NCBI GenBank assembly: GCA_965287045.1
Contig: OZ336877.1
Coordinates: forward strand, 11,222,001-11,286,000
From: Carcharhinus amblyrhynchos
Lineage: Eukaryota
DNA: 64,000 nt
Reading direction: 5' to 3'
The notes beneath the pieces are model-generated. The model was not told the DNA's origin. It saw only the letters and a program-made list of their open reading frames with translations, and made no database searches. Position 1 is the stretch's first letter. Every line of letters begins with the position of its first letter. This document shows positions 13,055 to 25,745 of this stretch, piece after piece. A program made the translations under genes and the position numbers.

Positions 13055-13860
13055 ATGTAAGGTCATCCATTTTGGTAGGAAGAACAGTAAAATGGACTAT
13101 TATTTAAATGGTAAAAAATTGCAGCATGCTGCTGTGCAGAGGGACCTGGGTGTCCTTGTGCAGGAATCTCAAGGTGTTGGTTTGCAAGTGCAGCAGATAA
13201 TTAAGAAGGCAAATGGAATTTTGTCCTTCATTGCTAGAGGGATGGAGGTTGAAAACAGGTAGGTTATGTTGCAGCTGTATAAGGTACTGGTGAAGCCACA
13301 CCTGGAGTACTGTGTACCGTTTTAGTCTCCTTACTTGAGAAAGGATATACTGGCACTGGAGAGGTACAGAGGAGATGCACTAGATTGATTCTGGAGTTGA
13401 GAGGGTTGACTTATGAGGAGAGACTGAGCAGACTGGGGCTATACTCATTGGAATTCAGATGAGGAGAGATCTTATAGAAACATATAAGATTATGAGTGGA
13501 ATAGATAAGATAGAAGCAGGGAAGTTGTTTCCACTGGCGGGTGAAACTAAAACTAGGGGGCATAGCCTCAAAATAAGGGGGAGCAGATTTAGGACTGAGT
13601 TGAGGAAGAACTTCTTCACCCAAAGGGTTGTGAATCTGTGGAATTCCCTGCCCAGTGAAGCAGCTGAGGCTACCTCATTGGATGTTTTTAAGGCAAGGAT
13701 AGCTAAATTTTTGAACAGTAAAGGAATTAAGGGTTATGATGAGCGGGCGGGTAAATGGAGCTGAGTCCACAACAGGTTAAGCCATGACCTTATTGAATGG
13801 TGGAGCAGGCTTGAATGGCCAAATGGCTTACGCTTGTTCCGAGTTATTATGTTCTTATGT
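13055..13860 (+). mobile_element. CR1 LINE 3' fragment
   Basis: Encodes CKVIHFGRKN...QRDLGV...FFTQRVVNLWNSLP, with a TTCTTATG-like tail. Confidence 0.93.
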
Positions 13861-14164
13861 TAGATGTGAACTATGGAGAAATGAAGCTAGGAATAGGGCT
13901 GAGTATGAGGAGCAGCAGATTTAGTACAGTGGATGTTAGAGAGTAAAGGGAAATGGGGATAGGTGTATTCTAAATACTGAGAGTAGAGAAATTGCAGCTG
14001 ATTGAAGTATAGGTGGGTGGATATTAAGAGGATGATGTCTCCACCTTGCTGACTCTGACGAATATAAAAGTTTAAATTGAGTTAGCTATTAATTTGCAGA
14101 TCTCTCAAGTTGCTGATGGTGCCAAACCTTGTTGTTTTTATTTATGATTTATCCACCAACAAGG

Positions 14165-14560
14165 TAGCAGTCTCATCTGACTGTCCGCCATTCATCATCC
14201 CCTCTTGCTAATTTATGTTGGCTGACTAGGCACCAATCTAAAATGTTTGGTTCCCTTTTCTGGCCTTCCCTCGGAATGATCTTCACCAACCCTGCAGCAG
14301 TCTCTCTGACAACCATCTGGGTATTTATTCCCTTTACCCCATCATTTGGAGGCAGTGCTTTCAACTGCCTTGCCCCAGCATCTCCCCCACCCCACCCTCC
14401 AATCATGCCATTCCACTTTTCTCTTTCGAGATCTTTAACAGCTACCTCCTTCGACAATCTTTTGGTCATTCCTCCTGATGTCTTCTTCTTTGGTTTGGAG
14501 TTCATTTTTTTAAAAAAAAATCTGCCTCAGTTAAATGCTTATGAATGTTTGAGTGCTTTA
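14165..14560 (+). mobile_element. Old L2-like 3' tail
   Basis: Encodes GGSAFNCLAP (L2 ORF2 C-terminal motif). Similar segment at 50860-51030. Confidence 0.55.
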
Positions 14561-15649
14561 TAAATGCGCATTGTTGATTGTTACCTAAAGTCCGTTCAAG
14601 ATGGTGGTGTACAAATCATAACTTTTCTCCTTGCAGCTCTTCCATGTTAAATGCCAGCGACAGTGATTCATCTCGATCCTGCTGGCTGAGGGTGGAAGTT
14701 GCTGGAGTTTGCCATCTGTCTGCTCACTTTTGGCAGCAATTAGTTTGTAGTCTGACAAGTACTTGAGCCAGAGCAATGTCAGATCCAGCACTCTTGTCTT
14801 GGTGTATAATTTACATTTCCTCAGCTCATTTGGAGCTGCATCGCATTATCACATGCAGGTGTGAGGTTAGGTGCGGTACCGTGAGAGAGCGAATCACATA
14901 TGTTAATCTAGAGAGTATTAAATGAAATTTCCTCAGAATATTCTTTCATCATTACTCTTAGAACGTGAATTAAACTTTTTAGGGGCCCTATTTTCCTCTG
15001 TAGTAAAAAACTAGGTAACCTAGAAATATATATTTTTTGTAGCAATATTATGCTTAACCTTCAGAATGTGTGTAATTTCCTTCGATTTACTTGTTACCAG
15101 GTTGTATGTGCCCTTAAAATCACGCAGTGGGGGAGCCACAATTATCGTATCCAGTCAGTGCTAAAAGTGTTAATAACCACTTTGGTATCAAAATAGCTTA
15201 AGTTAGCAACATACAGCAAACTTGCTGAGTAACGGAATGTAGTAGCAGTTTGGGAATAGTTTCAGAGAATAGGAGAGAAAACAAGCATCATAACTGAATA
15301 AAGTTCACTCCTTCCAGGCGCAAGGCAGGATGAGAAAGAAAAAAATGTGCCTTTTATACCCAAGATGCTACGTAAGCTTCATGTCTGTGTGGTCACTGTT
15401 GTAACATAGGGAAATACGGCGTGTAATTTGGGAGCTTGCCAAATAATGTCCTCAAACAGACAATCAAACATCTGAAATTCATGAAAGCATCAAGCTCGTA
15501 AAAACATTTTTGTAAGAAACCCATAAAAAAAACCTTCAACAAAACTGCCTCCTGAGTTGCTTGTACCATTCCCTAAAACCCAAGAGAAATGTACTTGGAG
15601 TGATTAGTATGTGTAACGGGAACCTGAGCTTCATTTGATGTAATCAAGA

Positions 15650-15735
15650 GAAAAAATGCTGGAAAATCTCAGCAGCATCTGTAAGGAGAGAAAAGAGCTG
15701 ACGTTTTGGGTCCAGTTGACCCTTTGTCAAAGCTC
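15650..15735 (-). mobile_element. Penelope-like terminus with degenerate hammerhead
   Basis: Minus strand reads AGCT-TTGACAA-AGGGTC-AACTG-GACCC-AAAAC-GTC-AGCT. Confidence 0.7.
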
Positions 15736-16254
15736 CTCTGGTCAGTCTTCCGGATGGTCAAGGTCACCTCCCTCGTCGAGTCTGCGCTGCTGGTGTGTCT
15801 GAGATGCCCTCCTTCCCTGCCTTTCAGAAACTTCTCTGGTTTCCAGCCAATGAGGTCTCGAGAGGAGGTTCCAATACCCAGTGAGTTTCTTGATGTCTGC
15901 CTGACAGGACAGCAGAGCCCGCCCCCCCAGATGTCCATCTCCATGGTGTTGCTTACATGTAACGTATTGCCATATAAAGTAACTGCAGGAATACTAACTG
16001 AGAGAAAGTCTGGCCCGATCTGGGCTTCTAACAATAGACCGGTGCATTTCAATGGAGAGTGCTGGGTCTCAATGCGACAGTCTTTGATGGGTGATTGATG
16101 AGACAGGTCCAGATATATTTCTGTGTCTTTGTATATTTGACTTTAGTCAAATCTGTCCTGCCCGAGGTTTGACTGTTTTTGATTTTAATATACCCAATTC
16201 TTTAATTTAGGATATCCAATTTAATCGGACTTAAACTAGGCCCTGATTATCTTA

Positions 16255-16580
16255 TCACATCAGTAGAGAAATTTTGCTATCTTGGGAGTATCCTCTCCAA
16301 TAGCACTACACTAAATAATGAAATCAACCATCACCCTGCAAAAACAAACCAGTGTTTGGCAGGCTTATTCATAGGCTTCGGAAAGAACATGGAATTTATC
16401 TCAGAACAAAGATCAAATTACCAGACAGTGGTTCTTAGATCGTGGACGCAAGACTTGCACACATAAAGCAACTAGAAAGCCTGAGATCTATTGGCAACAT
16501 CAGGACAAAATCCCCAATGCTGAGGTTCTTGCAAAGTGCTACATTCTAGGAATGGGGAGCTCAGCTTTGCTGTGCTATAT
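16255..16580 (+). mobile_element. RTE-clade LINE fragment
   Basis: Translates FCYLGSILS...NEINH...CFGRL...KEHGIYLRTKIK across frameshifts, the post-RT region of RTE. Confidence 0.75.
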
Positions 16581-16856
16581 GATTTTCTAGTTGGGTTGAG
16601 ACATCACTAGCATATTAGTAGGAAAAATGCCTATTTAGCTACATAGCAGGCTTCATACAGTCAATGATGCTCTGAGAATAGTGAGCAAAATTACATCTAA
16701 CTAGATAGAAGATATGTTACCGAAACAGGCCATTCATTTCAATTAGTCAGTGCAGGCACTTACACTCCACATACTGTCCCCCATTCTATCTCAGCTCAGT
16801 TTTTTAGCATATCTTTCTGTTCTGTTTTCCCTCACATACTTACCTAATTTCCTTTT

Positions 16857-17100
16857 GAACAAAGAACAGTAAGGCGCAGGAACACGACCTTCAGCCCTCC
16901 AAGCCTCCGCCGATCATGTTATCCTATCTAGACCAACCACTGATATCCCTCTATTCCCCAGATAAGTCTTAAATGTCACTAACATATCTGCCTCAACCAC
17001 CTCACTTGGCAGTGCATTCCAGGCCCCCACCACCCTCTGTGCAAAATAAACCTCCCCGTACATCTCCACTGAATCTTTCCCCTCTCCTTACCTTGAAATG
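16857..17100 (-). mobile_element. CR1 LINE 3' end
   Basis: Plus strand shows a GAACAAAGAACA tail, then CACTTGGCAGTGCATTCCAGGC (WNALP on the minus strand). Related to 37865-37970. Confidence 0.8.
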
Positions 17101-17119
17101 CTTTTGAAAGTATCTAAGC

Positions 17120-17370
17120 CAGGGTTTCCCAACCATTTTCCAACATGATCCCATTTTAACACTTAAATTAACGTGACCCCAGAGTCAGCATAAACCAAAT
17201 AATAGTAAGGCAGAATGGTAGCATTTAGTATGTAATTATTAAAGTTGGAATATCATGGATCAACATATAATGATAGATGATATAAATATGAATGTATATT
17301 TTAAAAGAACCGTGTAAAAATACAGGTATGTCATATACTGGTGCAGGTTTCAGACAAGTTCTCCATATTT
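17120..17370. mobile_element. hAT (Charlie-like) MITE left end
   Basis: CAGGGTTTCCCAACC terminal motif, homologous to the 4396 copy. Confidence 0.6.
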
Positions 17371-17734
17371 CCCAGAGACAGAGAATTGAGTGAAGTCCCT
17401 GTGCCCATTTCCCACCTCACATGCTGTAATCAGCTCCTCCCTGCCCCCCACAGCTATAATCCCCTCTCCTCTCCCCCACAAATACAATAATTAGCCCCAA
17501 ACCCCTTCCCCCCCACACACACACATTGGGCAAAATTTTCCCAAACAAATTCTAAGTGTCAAAACAGTGAGAAAGTGGGAGTCCTTCTCACTGGTCTTTT
17601 CAGCGTGCTTCACATTCAACACTTAGCTCAATGAAAGCCTCCATGTGAATCCCGCTGTTTTGGAGGCTCCAGGCACCTGACTTTTCCTAAAGTGGCCACA
17701 GCTCTGTACAGCAAGGGGAGCTCCATTTTTTAAA

Positions 17735-18010
17735 AATTCATTTGTAGGACATGGGCATCGCTAGTTGGCCAGCATTTATTGCCCATCCCTAATTTGCCCA
17801 AGGGCAGTTGAGAGTGAATCACGTTGCTGTGGCTCTGGAGTCACACATAGGCCAGACCAGGTAAGGATGGCAGATTTCCTTCCCTAAAGGAATCAGATGT
17901 GTTTTTCTGACAATCAACAACGGTTTCATGGTCAGCAGTAGATTCTTAATTCCAGATATTTTTTATTGATTTCAAATTCTACCATCTGCCGTAGCAGGAT
18001 TCAAACTTGT
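17735..18010. mobile_element. SINE sharing its tail with the L2/Crack-like LINE
   Basis: GGCCAGCATTTATTGCCCATCCCTA tail plus a tRNA-like end (GGATTCAAAC). Closely related copy at 54555-54895. Confidence 0.75.
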
Positions 18011-18029
18011 ACTAATGATGTGCATGCAG

Positions 18030-19700
18030 TCAGTCACACCAGGGAGATGGCACTATGCAGAGCTGCCCCATGGTTTACATGGCTACTTGATGAAGCTGAG
18101 GAGAGGAGGGCCATCGCCTACCCCTGAGATAGTTGTTGGCCCAGGGATTGGGCTGGCAATGCAGCCCTGGGAAGTAGTGGCAGCGGCAGTGAATGCCCAT
18201 ACACTGCCATGGAGGACTGGCACCCAGTATTGAAAGAAAATGGTCGCCATGGATAACGGGGTCCAAGGCTTGGTCGAGTTGTTAAGGACCATGGTTGAGT
18301 GCCCTGGGTACAAGCTCAAGACACAGCGGGCCACAGCTGCAGGCTTCGAGAGCTTGATACAGCATCCGACTCTCTAACTCCTGCCTCCAATCCCTTTGGT
18401 ACTCACCATCATAACTCCTGCCTGCCAAGGCATGGTACTGACATATGCCCGCAGCCCCGACACCCCACGCCCTTCCAGCTATTAAGTTTTCAATGCCCCC
18501 TTTTGTCCCTGCAGGAAAAGATGGTCCTTAATCACCGAGATGGGGAGAAGACCAGAGGTCGGTCCCTGGAGTCACCTCACTCCATTCTAGGAGCAAGCCT
18601 GGTGAGATCGGGGAAGTCCGAGGACAGAACCGTGGCTGACAGCCAGTTCAGCGTGTGCCACAGAAGTGAGGAGACACATGACCTTCAATCATATGACCTG
18701 TCTCAAATATGCTGCAAGCTGCCCAGAAACACATCCCTCCCTTGCACTGAACCATGTGTTTTCTTTTACAGAAGGTGACCCTGATGAGACAGGGCAGCCA
18801 GGAGTTGGCATATCCCCGCCAAGGGGAGGCAGAAGTGTCCAAGTGCTCAGGCAGGTGGAGGCCTCCCTGAGCCAAGGAATCAGCTGGCACCCAGCCAGGT
18901 GTCAGGCAGCTGGGATCTGTTCTTCCAAAGCTGCTGGAGGTGCAGAGGCAAAGTCGAAGATTGCAGGAGAGGCATTCATCAATATTCCAACAACTGCAAG
19001 GGCGCTTGGAGGAATCTGACAGCTTTTAAGTGCAGGAGTTGTTGCTGATATTGCATCGCATCCAGGCCAACTGTGCAAAGATGGAGACTGCAGCGGAAAG
19101 GCTGAGGCAGAAAATGGTCGCCATGGGTAGCGGAGTCCAAGGCTTGGTCGAGTTGTTAAGGACTATGGTTGAGGGCCCTGGGTACACGCACAAGACACAG
19201 CGGGCCATAGCTGCAGGTCTTGAGAGCTTGATCCAATCTCAGAGGACTATTGTTGAGGGGATCCAGAGCTTGGCCCAGACTCAGGGGGCAGCCGCTGAGG
19301 GCTCGCAAACACAGTAGGGCAGATGCAGTTGGGCCTCCACAACTGGCAGAGCTAAGTGATGCAGAAGCCTCTGGAGCTCACTCTACCTTCACCCCCAACC
19401 CATGGAATGTTCAAGGGCCCACAGGCACCCCAAGGGAGGAGGAAGGTTGGAAGGCCCATGCTTGGGCCTTCCAACTCGGAGACCTTGCTGTCCTCTGCCC
19501 TTTCGATTCCTCCCTCCGTGACAGTGGCACATCTTCCGGGTAGTGGGCTGAACAGGATGGCACAGCTACATCTATGACACCCGAAAGTCAGCTGGGGCTC
19601 TCCAGGTTCTGGCCCCCTCAGGGGAAACCAGTCAAAGATGTGGAACACAGCTGAAGGCCTCCCCCTTTGATGTGCGCCCTGGGGAGTCACTTAGATATTG
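18030..19700 (+). pseudogene. PIF/Harbinger Myb/SANT-like DNA-binding gene remnant with introns
   Basis: WEVVAAAVNAHTLPWRTGTQY*KKM (Myb/trihelix W..VA..VN...RT..Q..K pattern). Acceptor TTTTGTCCCTGCAG leads into EKMVLNHRDGEKTRG, and a coiled-coil-like segment lies at 19030-19317. Confidence 0.75.
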
Positions 19701-22700
19701 TGGTAGGACATACAATGCTAAGAAATTGTAGGGTCTCCAAGAAGTCATAGATGGAGGGCACTAGTTAGGGTTTTGGTTGGGCAGGAGAGAGCAGTGTTGC
19801 CTTCCCAATGGGCCCACTTGTCAGTAATTATATTGTGGGGCTCTAGTAGTCTAACAGATATCTTCTGGTATCCACAACATTTTAACGGAGTTCCAGATTT
19901 CTTTTCCTCTGACTTAAGGTGCTTCTTGACTGCACTCCTGAATTGCCTAGCTTTACTCTTAAGATTTTGCCCACGGATTCTTGAAATAATTAAATCCTTT
20001 TAACTTTTAAGGTCATCTTTTAATCTTCAATACTCAAGAGAATATAAATGAAATTTATGCAACCTGACTTCCTAATTGATAATTTTAACCACAGAATGAT
20101 GCTTGAAAAGTTTAACCATAAGATCTAAAATAACCTGTTCCCCAGTTGCTTCCTGATACTGATCAAGAAAATGATCATGAATCCATTGCATGAATTGTTC
20201 ACCACTACTACACATCTGGTTTGTCTGGTTTTACAGGGAAATTAAATTTCCCTGTGATTACCAGATAATCCTTGGTTACATGCATTTATAATTTTCAGAT
20301 CTGTAATCTCCCCAACACTACAGCATCTATTAGGGACTGCATCTGATCAGCACAGCCCACGCTAATTGAAGTATTCATTGTTTTATTTCATGGGCAGTTG
20401 GACACCCTGCTTTACAGGGAGCTCCAGCCACAATATATTTGTTTTATTGGGATGAGTTTTGTTAGCTGTGTCACAATCCCGATGCTGGCTTCAATTTTGG
20501 GACCAAAATCCCAAATTCCAAATCCCAAAATCCCAATCCCAAATTGCACTATTTGGTGCAATTTTCCTGGACATGGCAAAGTAAGAAGAAATGTCTGGCG
20601 AACCCTGTTCAATTAGGAATAGCAGCTGGGTTTCAGCATAAGGAAATTCACTTACGTGTGGCTTGTCCCAATAGGAGAAGAACAACTCGGACCAGTATTC
20701 TTATTTCCCAGTTTTTACTGCGGTTCCATTTTGAGGTATATAAGACCGGTTCAAACAGATATTCTTCTTCTCCTGTTTTCATGTTTTTTTTCCCTACTGA
20801 GTAGGCTGCCCTCCTCCTTTGCAGTGTGGGACCTACTGAAGGGTCAGCAGCAGGAGTGTCAGTGGGCACGATAGAGGTTAATTTGGAAGGGGTGGGAGGG
20901 GACATTGTGTGGGGAAGGTGGCGACTGCAATTACAGCTGGTTACAGCATCAGCAGAGATATCAGTGCCCGTGAAGTGGTTGCACCGGCATATCTTCAGCT
21001 TGGGATACCTGAGCATCGTGAATTCCTGCTGGCGAATTAATAAAGGGCCTCCAATGTGTCATGTTGTGTTGCTGCTGCTGTGAAACAGCCTTCGCTGCAA
21101 TGCTGGGCTCCTGGCACTGAAGGGAAAATTTAAATTCACTCTCAGAATGGGGGCTGATTGCCCTGTTAAGTAACCTGAGTGAGGACCCATCAGTGCCAAT
21201 GGGTAACTGTTGCCAATGTGAGCCTGCCTACAGAAAAAGAACATGGAAATTGGAACATGTCCCGCGTGATTTCTTCAAAATTTCCATGTTCCTGTACTTC
21301 CAAAACCACCTCTGTCTGCAAGGTTGGAAAAATTTATCTTATCTTAGGTATAGTATATGTCAGTACTGGTGAATATTGCAGAATTGCTAAGTGCCTGTGA
21401 AGTCAACATCCCTCTGTACATTGCTTATCTCATGCTCATTAACACATCCATGTTCCTGAGTCCAGTGTTTCCACAAAGTTAATGGGCTGCAGTTTCCAGG
21501 AAAATTGATTTCAGACTGACCACCTTTGAATAAAGCTTCCCAGCAGTGAGTGGGCTTTGGAGGTCAGACAGGATGGAACAAAGGAGGGGTAACATCTCGG
21601 GGTGGCGGGGGAGAGGGTGGGTGGTTTAGAAATTACATTAGAAAGGATCAGGAGAGAATTGTCATTCAGGGGAAACGTATAAGAGACAAAAAGAGTAAGT
21701 TCATTTCTTTGTACTTCTGTGTGGCATTTCAACTGGGTTCAAGGCTATAATGTGCTCCAACATCTTTTCACCGGTAATTAGTTTACAAAGCCAATCTCAG
21801 GAGCTTATATAAAGGATACCACGCAGACCCTGATATGATACATGACTCAATAACGAGTGATGAATGCTTTATAAATGTCTCGCACTAGCAACCTGCTTCA
21901 TATTCTATTTATTGTGCTGGTATGTTTTTATCTATTTCAGTGTACACAATTTCCCTGTAAAAGCTTCCAATGGGTGAAGCTCCAGACAGGAATAGGCATT
22001 TGGAAAGCTGGTTCTCGAGAATAAATTAACTACAGAGTCTCTTTAACCAGCCAGGTCCAGCACAGCTACTTATAGGCTCCTAATTGTGACATGGCAACTG
22101 TGGTGTTAATGGCAAATCGAATGGCTGAATTGCAAACAGACCAGTACCTCCTGATATAGAAGACTAGTAGATAGTTACAATATAATAACAAATGTCTTGT
22201 CTTCCCGAGTATCCATTTTCTTATTGATCATTGGCTACCCACTGAACTGAATTATCTTCCATTGTTCCATGATGAACAGCAGTGGAAATAGTGATGACGT
22301 GGGCAGTGAAATGTACTGCCAACCCTTTATTCCAGCTTTCCTAATCTGTCACCACCATCAATGACTATTGTTTTCTGCTCATGAAATGTAAATATTGGCC
22401 AGAGGATGGGAGATAATACAGCCTGACATCATGTCCCATCACCACTACATCCAGGAATCATCTGGTGAAAGATGGGAGGAGATGCACAGTCGCTGTTTTA
22501 GTCCCTCCAAGGACAGTGGTAAAAGGAGATGGTCTAGGAGATGGCCTGAATTTTGTCCTGACTCACTTATGTGTTGGTTGAGATCATTTCTGCCCTCTCA
22601 ATGCACCTTCAAACTTACCTGGTTTACAATGGTGTAATAAAGAGAGTGTAGCATTCTTCCTTCCATCATTAACCACTTTGATGCTGAATTACAGGAAAGT

Positions 22701-23984
22701 GTGGCATTGCCTGCATCTTGCTCAGCCTGACTCAGAAGTTTGGGTGAGACAGGCTGGAAAAAATTAAAGTAAGAATTGGGAATGGAGTGTCAATCTGATG
22801 CTGATTGCCACTCCTAGGAAGTTTAGGCATTTGTTCTGTTTCTTCCTCCACAGGTTCAGCCAGACTTACTGAGTTTCTCTAATCCTTTTTGTTTTTATTT
22901 CAAGATCCAAGCTATGCTGTCCAGCTCTGCCTAGTTGAATCCAACCAGCTTGGCCTGGGTGGCAATCAATGCTTCTGCTGTGTGTTGAGAGATGTGCCCA
23001 GGAGGCCAACAGCCAGAGCAGCCAGGCCTAATGGGAATTAAGATAAGCCATGGTGTACTGACACAGGTCAAGGCAAGCCAGGCAAATCCTGACATGCCCC
23101 GTGACCTATGACCTAAGGCTTCTGCCTCTGACCAAATAAGGACAGTGTTATGGATGCTTGCCAGACACACTGGCACTGCAATCCATATATGCAGGGGTTA
23201 TGTGTGCTCTGTGCACCAGGTAATACATACGCACAGGTACTCCTGCATCTTTCACAGTTTGACTCTGTAATCCCATTGGCTGGCTGCCAAGGAACTTTCT
23301 GGAAAGGTGCCAAAAAGAGGATACAAAGGGAATCCCACCAGCGAAGACTCGGTGTCAGCAGCAGAGACGCAGCAGAGATCCAATGAAGAATCAGTAATGA
23401 TCGTAGGCCAACTTTCACCACATGGAAGACCCTGAGTTCGAACTCAGTGAAGATCCAAGATCATTGGAACTCAGTGAAGAGCTAAGACCAAGATTCATAC
23501 CCTGTGGAGTGAGCCTGGCCAGTTCAACCTTACTGGCAGTATTCAGGTCTCAGATAAATGCATTGGAGTAGTTTTTGTTTCAGTTAAAGATGTTTCATTT
23601 AATCAAAGTGTTTTGTCAAAGTTTGGTGAGAATAGACATATCTAAGTATGATTGTGAGTTAATGCTCTGTCCTCTGTTGGTCACACAATGAAAGGACATC
23701 CTGGTAAAAGAGTTTATAATACAATGGTCAAAGTGTCTAAAATTTCCAGACAACATGGCCTATGGAGGGATGAAGGTGGTAAATTGAGTTTGGCATTTAT
23801 TTATATCATTATAGTACATTCAAATTAATTTTATTTATTTATTAGTGTCAAAAGTAGGCTCACATTAACAGAATGCAAATCTAGCTTAAGTATGGTACAT
23901 GGTATGCCAGGGATGCCATACTTCAGTCACATTACATGAAACATTTTCTGATTTCAGCCCTTCTGTGTACAATGCAGTAAGTCC

Positions 23985-24900
23985 ATAAATTATGGCCTTC
24001 ATCCTTTGAGACTTTGAGATAGCTGGCTCAAGCTGCAGAGCATTTATCAGCATGTAATCCTGGACCTATAACACTCAGTCATGAACAGCTCATTGCTTTA
24101 GAAGGCCATCAGATTTCAGGCAGACCAAAGACTGTCTCTCACTGATTTGATGACCTTCCAGTTGTACTTGATATTGGGCTTCGTACATGTGCCTAGAATC
24201 AATGCATGGAAAACTGGAATTTTCTTTGTTCCAGAGCTGTTATGGTTGACCTTCATAAAAAACTATTGTATCTCTTTCCAGATGTTCTTTGTAAATGCAC
24301 ACTCCAGAAGGAGATGGCGATGGTCATTTCCCGCTGTAGCCGCCTCAAGGACATTGTGGCTCAGAAATGCTCACTGTGTATGAGGATCTCGGGGTTGGGG
24401 GGGTGGGGGGAGGGGGGCGGTGGAGGGGAGGGTTGGGGGGGGGGGGTGGTGGTTATGGTGGGCTGGTTGGGGGAAGAGTGTTTCTCACCACCAGTCAAGC
24501 AATGTCTTGGTGTTTGTTGGAAAGTTCTGCTGATAAGACTTCCTACCAAACACATTTGACAGACGTCTCAGGAACCATCCAACAAAGTCTACCACCTACT
24601 CTTCCTGTGGGGTCCTGAGGATGTTAGATATAGACCGATTGCTTGAATGCCAAATAATCAAAGATGTTCTTTTGTACAAACTTTTCCTCTGAGGGATTGG
24701 TGGTATGGCATATGGCACATTCTAACTAAACAGATATTTTGCAGGAACATTGCTAGAACCATACCTTGTAACATGAGGGATGGATAGAACCATCAACAGT
24801 CCCTGTCAAATTGATGGGGCTATCAGCTAGGTGGGAAACCATTGGACTGTTCAGTGGCCATTACCATGGATCTTTAACTGAGCATTTTGTTGACATCTCA
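23985..24900 (-). mobile_element. Tx1-clade (L1 group) LINE ORF2 C-terminal remnant
   Basis: Minus strand gives VDFVGWF, ELSSKHQDIA*LVVRNTLP, CP*GG (zinc knuckle) and SVRDSLWSA*NL. A G-rich tract interrupts it at about 24390-24470. Confidence 0.75.
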
Positions 24901-25019
24901 TTCAAGTTTGTCAATGAATGCTTTATGTTTCAAGAGACATAAGTAGGGATTTAATTGGGTACAGGAAATTTGCTGTGGAGGCCAACACATTCCTGAACAA
25001 TAGAAGCAAGATGTAATTC

Positions 25020-25200
25020 TCAAACTCGATGGATGTAATGAATAAGAAGAGAGAAGTTCTCTTCCCTGAGATCAGCCAGCTAAAGAAACAGACCTGGTTA
25101 GATATCTGATAAGCTATGAATCTCCTGAGTGTGTTCCTCAGGACCTGGACCCTGTGTTGGAAACAAATGTAATGACTTCATTAGGTTTGGCAAAGTGAGT
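25020..25200 (+). pseudogene. Second Harbinger Myb/SANT exon remnant
   Basis: DVMNKKREVLFP...W...RTWTLCWK ending at a donor AAA|GTGAGT. Confidence 0.6.
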
Positions 25201-25304
25201 GTTAAAATATTCTCAACTTGCAGTCATTACTCTCTTTCCTCCCAAGCATTGTCCTGTACAGCACTCCTCTAATGGCACACCTCTCAGTCACACACTGAGA
25301 GGTG

Positions 25305-25745
25305 TGACTGACCTTGACATCAAGGCAGCATCTGACCAAGTGTGGCATCATGGATACCAAGTAAAACTGATGTCAATGGGAGTTAGGGAGAAAACTAATA
25401 AAGGTGTTGTGGTTTTTGGAAGTTAATCATCTCAGTCTCAGGACAGTGCAGCAGGATTTCCCCAGGGTGGTGGTGTCCTAAGTCCAAACATCTTCAGTGG
25501 CTTCATCAAGGTCCTTTCTATTATAAGGTCAGAAGTGGGAATGTTTACTGATGATTGCACAATGTTCAGCAACATTCACGATTCCTCAGATACTGAAACA
25601 TTCTATGCTTGTATGCAGTAAGAACTGGATAATATCCAGGCTTGAAATGACAAGTGGCACGTAGCATTTGTGTCACACAAGTGCCAAGCAGTGACCATCA
25701 CCAACAAGAAAGAATCTAACCATGTTCCCTTGATATTCAATGTGA
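25305..25745 (+). mobile_element. CR1-group (L2/Crack-like) LINE RT fragment
   Basis: LDIKAASDQVWHHG, FPQG and MFTDDCTMF. Confidence 0.85.

Noticed and set aside
14637-14860. Strong plus-strand acceptor ACTTTTCTCCTTGCAG
   Set aside because: All frames stop within about 130 nt and there is no convincing donor or homology.
20505-20545. (AAATCCC)-like tandem resembling telomeric repeat
   Set aside because: Unit is AATCCC/GGGATT, not TTAGGG/CCCTAA; a short simple repeat.
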